DNA of 64,000 bases from Hydrogenophaga sp. (GTDB lineage Bacteria; Pseudomonadota; Gammaproteobacteria; Burkholderiales; Burkholderiaceae_C): NCBI RefSeq assembly GCF_026125785.1, contig NZ_JAHCKL010000001.1, forward strand, positions 2,949-66,948. Reading direction: 5' to 3'. Of the stretch, positions 56,690-64,000 are shown piece by piece. The notes beneath the pieces were generated by a model. That model was not told the DNA's origin. It did no database searches and saw only the letters and a program-made list of their open reading frames with translations. Position 1 is the stretch's first letter, and the number at the start of each line of letters is the position of its first letter. A program made the translations under genes and the position numbers.

Positions 56690-57679
56690 GTGCAGCCTCT
56701 GCTGGACGAGTTCACGACCGATGCGGAAACCCGCATGTGCATGGTGCCCGCTGAGCTGCACGGTGAGCGTGTCGACCGGGCACTGGCGTCTCTGATCCCC
56801 GAGTTCTCTCGCTCCTATCTGCAGCAGCTCCTCGTCGATGGCGCGGTGCTGTTGCGAGGTGTGTTGGTGCGCAAGCCGGCCGCGCGCGTCTCGGCCGGCG
56901 ATGCGCTGCAGGTGGAGTTGCGTCCCACGCCGCAGGCGCAGGCTTTCGTGCCGCAGGCCATTCCGCTGAACCCGGTGTTCGAGGATGAGCACCTGCTGGT
57001 GATCGACAAGTCGGCCGGGCTGGTGGTCCATCCCGCCGCCGGCAACTGGACGGGGACCCTGCTCAACGGGCTGCTGGCTTACCACGCGGGCGCCGCCGCC
57101 CTGCCGCGCGCGGGCATCGTGCACCGCCTGGACAAGGACACCTCCGGCCTGATGCTGGTGGCCAAAAGCCGGCAGGCCATGGATGCCCTGGTGCGCGCGA
57201 TCGCGGCGCGAGAGGTGGATCGGCGCTACCTGGCGCTGGCGCAGGGTGGCTGGGAAGGGCCGAGGCAGCAGGAGGTGGACCAGGCCATCGGCCGCGACGT
57301 GCACAACCGCCTTCGAATGTCGGTGGTCCGGCCCGATGGGGGCGTGGGCAAGCCGGCGCAGACCACGGTGCGGCTGCTCGAAACCCAGGCGCAGGCCTGT
57401 CTGGTGGCGTGCAAGCTGCACACCGGACGCACGCACCAGATTCGCGTCCACATGGCATGGCTGGGGCATCCGCTGGTGGGAGATGCGCTCTATGGTGGAC
57501 GTCCGCTGTGGGGCATGCAGCGGCAGGCGCTTCATGCGGCGCGTCTGCAACTGCGCCATCCGGTCCATGGGGGACTGTTGCAGTTCCGCAGCACACCGCC
57601 GCACGACATGCTCCAGGCCTTGGCAGACAGTGGGCTCCGCTACAATGAGGCGCTTGTGTCCAGCGGCTTCCAGGACTGA
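56690..57679 (+). CDS. rluD: 23S rRNA pseudouridine synthase RluD
   Basis: S4 domain ([24 protein letters not shown]) and catalytic [11 protein letters not shown], plus [10 protein letters not shown]. The start is proposed at the GTG at 56690 after GGAAGG; the ORF extends to 56615. Confidence 0.85.
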   Translation: MQPLLDEFTTDAETRMCMVPAELHGERVDRALASLIPEFSRSYLQQLLVDGAVLLRGVLVRKPAARVSAGDALQVELRPTPQAQAFVPQAIPLNPVFEDEHLLVIDKSAGLVVHPAAGNWTGTLLNGLLAYHAGAAALPRAGIVHRLDKDTSGLMLVAKSRQAMDALVRAIAAREVDRRYLALAQGGWEGPRQQEVDQAIGRDVHNRLRMSVVRPDGGVGKPAQTTVRLLETQAQACLVACKLHTGRTHQIRVHMAWLGHPLVGDALYGGRPLWGMQRQALHAARLQLRHPVHGGLLQFRSTPPHDMLQALADSGLRYNEALVSSGFQD

Positions 57680-57746
57680 CCGCCAGACTTCGCGGGCCCT
57701 GCGGCCCGGATCGGCGCAGCCTCCCGCAAATTCCTTGTACTGCCAG

Positions 57747-57765
57747 ACCGGCAGCCGGTTTCTTT
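57747..57765 (+). terminator. weak stem-loop plus T-rich tail after rluD
   Basis: ACCGG-CAG-CCGGT followed by TTTCTTT. The stem is short, so confidence is low. Confidence 0.3.
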
Positions 57766-57822
57766 CCCTCCGCCCCGTGCTTTGACGTCCGGCGGCAAGC
57801 CGGCCCCAGACAGACTGACACC

Positions 57823-58527
57823 ATGAACACCACGGATGCCAAGCGCGTCCTCGAGACGGCCTTGATTTGTGCGCCACAGCCGCTGTCGGTGCGCGAACTC
57901 GGCACGCTGTTCGACGACGAAGTGTCCGCAGACACCCTCAAGGGGTTGTTGGCCGACCTGCAGCAGGAATGGACCGGGCGCGGCGTCGAACTGGTGCAGG
58001 TGGCTTCTGGCTGGCGTTTCCAGAGCCGCCCTGAGCTCAGGCCTTTCCTGGACCGTCTGCACCCGGAAAAGCCGCCGCGCTACAGCCGAGCCACGATGGA
58101 GACTTTGGCCATCATTGCGTATCGCCAGCCCGTCACGCGTGGCGACATGGAAGACATCCGCGGCGTCACCATCAATTCGCTGATCATCAAGCAACTCGAG
58201 GACCGTGGCTGGATCGAAGTCATCGGTCACCGCGAGACCGTAGGCCGGCCGGCATTGTTTGCCACCACGCGGCAGTTCCTGGACGATCTGGGGCTGTCCT
58301 CACTCGACCAGCTGCCTCCGCTGGAGGGCAGCGACGTGCAGGAGTCTGCCCTGGACCGCCTCGATTTCGAGGCACTGTCGGCCCAGTTGCAGCCGGATGC
58401 CGATGCACCCGAACCCATGGATGCTGCCGCAGACACCCTCGAACCCGCCGCCGAGCTCCAGGCGCAGGACAACGCTCCACAGGAAGACCATGAATCCGGC
58501 GAACCACCTCCCTCCAACGCAGCCTGA
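57823..58527 (+). CDS. scpB: segregation and condensation protein B
   Basis: [46 protein letters not shown] and [18 protein letters not shown] are canonical for ScpB. The C-terminal tail is acidic. Confidence 0.9.
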   Translation: MNTTDAKRVLETALICAPQPLSVRELGTLFDDEVSADTLKGLLADLQQEWTGRGVELVQVASGWRFQSRPELRPFLDRLHPEKPPRYSRATMETLAIIAYRQPVTRGDMEDIRGVTINSLIIKQLEDRGWIEVIGHRETVGRPALFATTRQFLDDLGLSSLDQLPPLEGSDVQESALDRLDFEALSAQLQPDADAPEPMDAAADTLEPAAELQAQDNAPQEDHESGEPPPSNAA

Positions 58528-59782
58528 CACCGAACCGACGCCGGGCGGGGACGACGCGGAACAGGCCTCTGTGGCGCCACCGGCAGCGCCACCGGCCCAG
58601 CTGGCGCAGGCCTTGCGTTTTGACGACGTGGTCAGCGGCGCTTTTGACGCCGAGCAGGCCCAGGATGAGCCTGAGCAACCGGTCAAACGTGTGCTCAGCG
58701 CACAACCCGAATCCCCGAAGTTGCACAAGGTGCTGGCGCAAGCCGGCATGGGTTCACGCCTGGAGATGGAGCAGCTCATTCTGGAAGGCCGCATCTCCGT
58801 CAATGGCGAGCCTGCCCACATAGGGCAGCGCATCCAGTTCGGAGACACCATCAAGGTCAACGGCAAACCGGTGCGCGTGCGCATGACGCCACCGCCGCCG
58901 CGCGTGCTGGCCTACCACAAGCCCGCGGGCGAGGTCGTCACGCACGACGATCCGCAGAACCGGCCCACTGTGTTTCGGCGACTGCCCCGCCTGATGCAGG
59001 GCAAGTGGCAGTCGGTCGGGCGGCTCGACCTGAACACCGAGGGCCTCTTGCTGTTCACCAGCTCGGGCGAACTGGCCAACCGGCTCATGCACCCCCGTTT
59101 CGGGCTGCAGCGAGAGTACGCCGTTCGCGTGCTCGGCGCCTTGTCGAACGAAGAAAAGCAGCGCCTTCTCGATGGCGTGCAGCTCGAGGATGGTCAGGCC
59201 CAGTTCTCCGCCATAGAAGACGGCGGTGGCGAGGGCGCCAACTGCTGGTACCGCGTGACCATTGCCGAAGGCCGCAACCGCGAGGTGCGCCGCATGTTCG
59301 AGGCGGTCGGGCATGCGGTGAGCCGGCTTATCCGCATCCGGTATGGCGCCATGATGCTGCCGCGGGGCCTGCGGCGGGGGGCCTGGGTGGAGCTCGATGA
59401 GCGGGACATCGGCCGGTTGACCGCGGCTGCCGGGGTGTCCCCGGCCAGCGGGGAGCCGCAGGCGCGGCGAGCCCGGGGCGGTGGCCGCCATCCCAGCCAG
59501 CAGCCCTTGCGCCGAGCCCAGGCCGAGCGCGGCCCGGGTGCGCCCGCTGGCGGCGTGCCGCAAGACCGTCGAGGAAAGGGTGGCGGCAAGTTTCAAGGCC
59601 GGGGCGGCAAAGGTACAGGGCCCAAAGGGTCGGGCGGTGGCCAGCAGCCGGACCCGATGAAAACCTCGTTTGGCTACATCGGGCAGGATGCGCTGCAGCG
59701 CAGCCGGGAGCAGGGGCCGGGCCGGGGGAACGCCTCCGGGGGGCGCCGGCGTTCGGGTGGCGGGCGCCAGGGCGGACGCTGA
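58490..59782 (+). CDS. rluB: 23S rRNA pseudouridine synthase RluB
   Basis: ORF trimmed to MNPANH at 58490, a 38-nt overlap with scpB. It has an S4 domain ([30 protein letters not shown]), catalytic [14 protein letters not shown], and a long Arg/Gly-rich C-terminal tail. Confidence 0.85.
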   Translation: MNPANHLPPTQPDTEPTPGGDDAEQASVAPPAAPPAQLAQALRFDDVVSGAFDAEQAQDEPEQPVKRVLSAQPESPKLHKVLAQAGMGSRLEMEQLILEGRISVNGEPAHIGQRIQFGDTIKVNGKPVRVRMTPPPPRVLAYHKPAGEVVTHDDPQNRPTVFRRLPRLMQGKWQSVGRLDLNTEGLLLFTSSGELANRLMHPRFGLQREYAVRVLGALSNEEKQRLLDGVQLEDGQAQFSAIEDGGGEGANCWYRVTIAEGRNREVRRMFEAVGHAVSRLIRIRYGAMMLPRGLRRGAWVELDERDIGRLTAAAGVSPASGEPQARRARGGGRHPSQQPLRRAQAERGPGAPAGGVPQDRRGKGGGKFQGRGGKGTGPKGSGGGQQPDPMKTSFGYIGQDALQRSREQGPGRGNASGGRRRSGGGRQGGR

Positions 59783-59885
59783 ACGGCTTTCATGAGCTAT
59801 CCGCACCCTATGACCGTTGTAGAATCAAAGGCTTTGTGAGGTGCCACTCACCTCGCTTGATTGACCCAACAACTTCAGGATATCC

Positions 59886-60311
59886 ATGGCCATCGAACGC
59901 ACCCTCTCGATCATCAAGCCCGACGCCGTCGCCAAGAACGTGATCGGCCAGATTTACGCCCGCTTCGAAGCCGCCGGCCTGAAGGTCGTGGCAGCCCGCA
60001 TGGCGCACCTCTCGCGCGGCGAAGCAGAAGCCTTCTATGCCGTCCACAAGGCACGCCCCTTCTTCAAGGACTTGGTGGACTTCATGGTGTCCGGGCCGGT
60101 GATGATCCAGGTGCTCGAAGGTGAAGGCGCCATCGCCAAGAACCGCGACCTGATGGGCGCTACCGATCCCAAGAAGGCCGCTCCCGGCACCATCCGCGCC
60201 GACTTCGCCGACAGCATCGACGCCAATGCCGTTCATGGCTCCGACGCTCCCGAAACCGCAGCCGCCGAAGTGGCCTTCTTCTTTGCCGGTCTGAACGTGT
60301 ACCCGCGCTGA
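59886..60311 (+). CDS. ndk: nucleoside-diphosphate kinase
   Basis: [15 protein letters not shown]..., NAVHGSD active-site His. 141 aa. Confidence 0.97.
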   Translation: MAIERTLSIIKPDAVAKNVIGQIYARFEAAGLKVVAARMAHLSRGEAEAFYAVHKARPFFKDLVDFMVSGPVMIQVLEGEGAIAKNRDLMGATDPKKAAPGTIRADFADSIDANAVHGSDAPETAAAEVAFFFAGLNVYPR

Positions 60312-60331
60312 GCCAGCGCGCCAGCCATGTC

Positions 60332-61480
60332 ATGACGGCCAATCTGCTCGATTTCGACCTCGAGGGTTTGGCCGCCTTTTGCGAGCAACTGGGCGAAAAG
60401 CGGTTTCGCGCCGTCCAGTTGTTCCGCTGGATCCACCAGAAAGGCGCGGCCGATTTCGCCGCCATGACGGATCTCGCGCGCAGCCTGCGCGAGAAACTGC
60501 CCGCCGTTTGCACCATCACGGACCTGCCCGTGCTGTCGAGGCAGGACTCGGCCGACGGCACCATCAAGTGGCTGTTCGACGTCGGCGACGGCAATGCTGT
60601 CGAGACCGTATTCATTCCCGAGGACGATCGCGGCACGCTGTGCATTTCCTCGCAGGCGGGCTGTGCGGTGGGTTGCCGCTTCTGCTCCACCGGTCACCAG
60701 GGCTTTTCCCGCAACCTGAGTACGGGCGAGATCCTCGCGCAGCTTTGGCATGCCGAGCATTTCCTGCGGCGCCACCTCAAGACCGGGGAACGCGTGATCA
60801 CCAATGTGGTCATGATGGGCATGGGTGAACCTTTGCAGAATTGCGGCGCCCTGGTGCCCGCCTTGCGCGTGATGCTTGATGACCACGGCTATGGCCTGTC
60901 GCGGCGCCGCGTGACGGTCTCCACCTCGGGTGTGGTGCCGATGATCGAACGCCTGGCCGCCGATTGCCCGGTGGCTTTGGCGGTGTCCCTGCACGCACCC
61001 AGCGATGCGCTGCGCGACGATCTGGTGCCGCTCAACCGCAAGTACCCCATTGCCGAACTGCTGGATGCCTGCCTCGGCTACCTGCCGGCCGCGCCACGTG
61101 ACTTCATCACCTTCGAGTACTGCATGCTCGACGGCGTGAACGATCAGCCCGAGCACGCCCGTCAACTGCTGACCCTGCTTCAGGGCCATGCGGGGCGCGG
61201 GGTGCCTTGCAAGATCAACCTGATTCCGTTCAATCCGTTTCCCGATTCCGGCCTGACCTGTTCGCCGCGCGCCGTGGTGCAGCGGTTTGGCCAGATCCTG
61301 AACGAAGGCGGCATCGTGACCACCGTGCGCAAGACACGGGGCGACGACATCGACGCCGCCTGTGGGCAACTGGCCGGAGACGTGCTGGACCGCACCAACG
61401 CCGCCAGCCGCATGGCGCAGCGCCGGCATCAGGCTCCGACCCAACCCGTTCGCATCGTCCGCAAGGAAAGGCAGGCATGA
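60332..61480 (+). CDS. rlmN: 23S rRNA (adenine2503-C2)-methyltransferase (radical SAM)
   Basis: [18 protein letters not shown] radical-SAM cluster motif, MGMGEPL and CGQLAGDV. Confidence 0.95.
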   Translation: MTANLLDFDLEGLAAFCEQLGEKRFRAVQLFRWIHQKGAADFAAMTDLARSLREKLPAVCTITDLPVLSRQDSADGTIKWLFDVGDGNAVETVFIPEDDRGTLCISSQAGCAVGCRFCSTGHQGFSRNLSTGEILAQLWHAEHFLRRHLKTGERVITNVVMMGMGEPLQNCGALVPALRVMLDDHGYGLSRRRVTVSTSGVVPMIERLAADCPVALAVSLHAPSDALRDDLVPLNRKYPIAELLDACLGYLPAAPRDFITFEYCMLDGVNDQPEHARQLLTLLQGHAGRGVPCKINLIPFNPFPDSGLTCSPRAVVQRFGQILNEGGIVTTVRKTRGDDIDAACGQLAGDVLDRTNAASRMAQRRHQAPTQPVRIVRKERQA

Positions 61481-62334
61481 CGCAGACACTTCGCTCACAC
61501 GCCCTTGGTGCCCGGCCGGCTCTGGTCTGGCGCACGCTTCTTCTGGTCGCGCTGGCCAAGCTGCTGCTGGTCGCCGGTTGCGCTCAGACGACGTCCAGCG
61601 GATTGCCCGCTGCCAACCCGAACCGCTCGGTCGAACCCGTGACGGAGTCGGACGAGCCTGAGTCGCGCAAGCGCGCCCGCATCCGCCTCGAACTGGCCGC
61701 AGGGTACTTTGAGCAGGGACAGACCACGGTGGCTCTGGACGAGATCAAGCTCGCGCTGGCGGCCGATCCCACCTATGCCTCCGCCTACATGCTGCGTGGT
61801 CTGGTGTATTCGCGCATGAACGAGATGGGCCTGGCCGAAGAGAGCTTTCGCCGTGCGCAGCAACTCAACCCGCGCGATCCCGACGTACTGCACCATTACG
61901 GCTTGTTCGCCTGCCAGCAGGGGCGCTATGCGCAGGCCATCGAGATGTTCCAGCAGGCTCTGTTGAGTCCCGTCTATGGCGGGCAGGCCAAGACCTTGAT
62001 GGCCAAGGGCGTGTGCGAGGTGCGTGCGGGGCAGCTCGCCGAGGCGGAGGGCAGTCTGGCGCGAGCCTACGAACTCGATGCCGGCAATCCCATCACAGCC
62101 TACAACCTGGCTTCGCTGCAGCACCGCAGAGGCGAGAACGACAAGGCGCGTTTCGTGATCCGCCGGGTGAACAATTCCGAACTGGCGAATGCGGAAACGC
62201 TGTGGCTGGGCATCCGGGTGGAACGCCGGTTGGGGAACACCGAGGCCATGCAGCAGCTGGCCCAACAACTCGGCCGCCGCTACCCGGACTCGAGGGAATG
62301 GTCTGCCTACCAGCGAGGTGCATTTGATGAGTGA
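61477..62334 (+). CDS. pilW: type IV pilus biogenesis/stability protein PilW (TPR lipoprotein)
   Basis: The ATG at 61477 overlaps the rlmN stop (ATGA). It has the lipobox LLLVAGC and TPR repeats, and sits at the conserved position between rlmN and rodZ/ispG. Confidence 0.7.
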   Translation: MTQTLRSHALGARPALVWRTLLLVALAKLLLVAGCAQTTSSGLPAANPNRSVEPVTESDEPESRKRARIRLELAAGYFEQGQTTVALDEIKLALAADPTYASAYMLRGLVYSRMNEMGLAEESFRRAQQLNPRDPDVLHHYGLFACQQGRYAQAIEMFQQALLSPVYGGQAKTLMAKGVCEVRAGQLAEAEGSLARAYELDAGNPITAYNLASLQHRRGENDKARFVIRRVNNSELANAETLWLGIRVERRLGNTEAMQQLAQQLGRRYPDSREWSAYQRGAFDE

Positions 62335-63253
62335 GGGGCAAGCCATGGTGGAAGCCGCCGGCCGACCGGTGTTGTTGCGCGCAGCGCGCGAGGCCGCGGG
62401 TCTGCACATCGCAGCGCTGGCTGCGGCGCTGAAGGTGCCCGTGCGCAAGCTGGAGGCGCTGGAGGCAGGGCGTTACGACGAGTTGCCCGATCTGACCTTC
62501 GCGCGTGCTCTGGCCTCCAGTGCCTGCCGCCACCTCAAGATCGACCCAGCTCCGGTGCTGGAGCAGATTCCGCAGAGCGTGATGCCCGAGCTGGGTGATT
62601 CGCCCCGCGCCATCAACGCACCATTCAAGGCGGCGAGCGAACCCGCCCAGGCCGGCGCCATGACCTGGCTGTCCCGTCCGGCCCTGCTGGCGGCCATCGC
62701 GCTGTTGCTGGGGGCGCTGGTGATCGTCTTTCTGCCGCACATCCAGGATGGTGCGGCATCCGTGACCGATACCGTGACCGCGCCAGTGGAGCCATCAGGA
62801 GGACAGGAGAGCGAGGCTGAAGAGCGGACGCCGCTTGCGGTGCCGCTGGAACCTTCGTCCGACGCGGCTTCGGCCCCGGTATCGACCGCGCCTGAGGCGG
62901 TGTCCGAGCCTGTCCAGGCGTCCGCGGCAGCCACGCCGCCAGCACCTGCCGGGCAGGCGGCCGCCACCGCATCGGCTCTGGCGGAGCCTGTCGGTGGCGC
63001 TCTGGCAGCCGGCGGCAGCTTGCTCAGCATCGCTGCGGCAACCGGTGAATCGTGGGTGGAGGTCACCAACGGTTCGGGCAGTGTGGTGGTGCAGCGCCTG
63101 CTCAAGCCGGGCGAAGCCGTTGATTTCTCCACCGCGCCGCCGTACACGGTGGTGCTGGGGCGCGCCGAAGCCGCACGCGTGACCGTGCGCGGCCGCCCAT
63201 TCGACGTGAATGCGATCGCGCGCAACAACGTGGCGCGTTTCGAGGTGCGGTAA
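62327..63253 (+). CDS. rodZ: RodZ-like helix-turn-helix/DUF4115 membrane protein
   Basis: N-terminal HTH (LLRAAREAAGLHIAALAAALKVPVRKLEALEAG), a single TM (ALLAAIALLLGALVIVFL), an Ala/Pro linker and a C-terminal beta-rich domain. The start is 62327 or 62345. Confidence 0.7.
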   Translation: MSEGQAMVEAAGRPVLLRAAREAAGLHIAALAAALKVPVRKLEALEAGRYDELPDLTFARALASSACRHLKIDPAPVLEQIPQSVMPELGDSPRAINAPFKAASEPAQAGAMTWLSRPALLAAIALLLGALVIVFLPHIQDGAASVTDTVTAPVEPSGGQESEAEERTPLAVPLEPSSDAASAPVSTAPEAVSEPVQASAAATPPAPAGQAAATASALAEPVGGALAAGGSLLSIAAATGESWVEVTNGSGSVVVQRLLKPGEAVDFSTAPPYTVVLGRAEAARVTVRGRPFDVNAIARNNVARFEVR

Positions 63254-63268
63254 GTGAGCGGAGTGACC

Positions 63269-64000
63269 ATGGACAGTCTTGTACGTTCCGCCGCCCATCC
63301 CATCCCGCTGCCTGTGGTGCCGCAGCGCCGGTCCCGACAGGGGGTGGTGGCCTGGGGCAGCCGGCGTGTCACGGTGGGCGGTGATGCACCGGTGCGTGTG
63401 CAGTCCATGACCAACACCGATACCGCCGATGCGGTGGCCACCGCGATCCAGGTCAAGGAGCTGGCTTTGGCGGGTTCCGAACTCGTGCGCATCACCGTCA
63501 ACAACGACGAGGCTGCCAAGGCCGTGCCCTATATCCGCGAGCAACTCGATCGCATGGGGATCGATGTGCCGCTCATCGGCGACTTCCACTACAACGGCCA
63601 CCGCCTGCTGACCGACCACCCGGCCTGCGCCGAGACCTTGTCCAAGTACCGCATCAACCCTGGCAACGTGGGCCGCGGCGACAAGGGAGATCGCCAATTC
63701 GCACAGATGGTCGACATCGCGGCACGCCACGACAAAGCCGTGCGCATCGGTGTGAACTGGGGCAGTCTGGACCAGGACCTGCTGGCGCGGTTGATGGACG
63801 AGAACGCCGCGCGCGGCGCACCATGGGATGCACGCCAGGTCATGTACGAGGCGCTGATCACCTCGGCGGTCGAGTCTGCCCGTCGCGCCGAGAGCCTGGG
63901 GCTGCGTGGAGAGAACATTGTGCTGTCGTGCAAGGTCAGCGCGGTACAGGACCTGATCGCGCTCTACCAGGCGCTGGCCAGTCGCTGTGACTACGCGTTG
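63269..64000 (+). CDS. ispG: 4-hydroxy-3-methylbut-2-en-1-yl diphosphate synthase (partial, runs off the window end)
   Basis: My own translation from the ATG at 63269 gives [11 protein letters not shown]...[21 protein letters not shown]...[10 protein letters not shown]...[11 protein letters not shown]...YRINPGN...[10 protein letters not shown]. These are canonical IspG/GcpE motifs. It is absent from the ORF track because there is no stop inside the window. Confidence 0.95.
   Translation, partial: MDSLVRSAAHPIPLPVVPQRRSRQGVVAWGSRRVTVGGDAPVRVQSMTNTDTADAVATAIQVKELALAGSELVRITVNNDEAAKAVPYIREQLDRMGIDVPLIGDFHYNGHRLLTDHPACAETLSKYRINPGNVGRGDKGDRQFAQMVDIAARHDKAVRIGVNWGSLDQDLLARLMDENAARGAPWDARQVMYEALITSAVESARRAESLGLRGENIVLSCKVSAVQDLIALYQALASRCDYAL

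Overview
High-GC (~67-68%) chromosomal segment. Gene content and order look betaproteobacterial (Burkholderiales/Comamonadaceae-like): folD, two-component system, aceEF-lpd; sucAB-lpd-zapE; ndk-rlmN-pilW-rodZ-ispG. Coding density is very high. I support 56 protein genes and see no tRNA, rRNA, CRISPR array, transposase, integrase or phage genes. The left ~28 kb (20-28659) is an accessory-looking acyl-CoA catabolic island. It holds a phosphatase/APH-kinase/partner trio, three acyl-CoA ligases and a Liv-type ABC importer. It also holds MarR, an acetoacetyl-CoA synthetase, and a translationally coupled operon: KASIII/HMGCS-like-DUF35 fusion, SCPx thiolase, BadH-like SDR, BadI/MenB-like crotonase, degenerate FadB-like protein, split MaoC pair, CoA-transferase and PaaI thioesterase. 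A MaoC/CitE/2xACAD/DECR-like unit completes it. The right ~35 kb is core housekeeping: the PDH and OGDH complexes, ZapE, a DinG-type helicase, BamD, RluD, ScpB, RluB, Ndk, RlmN, PilW, RodZ and IspG. I found no defence-like or mobile system. The most interesting signals are four. (1) A fused thiolase-fold/DUF35 protein that appears to lack the nucleophile Cys, paired with an SCPx thiolase. (2) A 20/23-nt motif shared by two AT-rich promoter gaps 15 kb apart, implying a common regulon. (3) An Lva/ACAD10-11-like kinase module. (4) A SHOCT-PspC membrane gene wedged between sucB and lpd. All functional calls come from motif and family recognition by eye; no database search was run. Many long ORFs in the track are GC-driven antisense or out-of-frame artefacts and were rejected.
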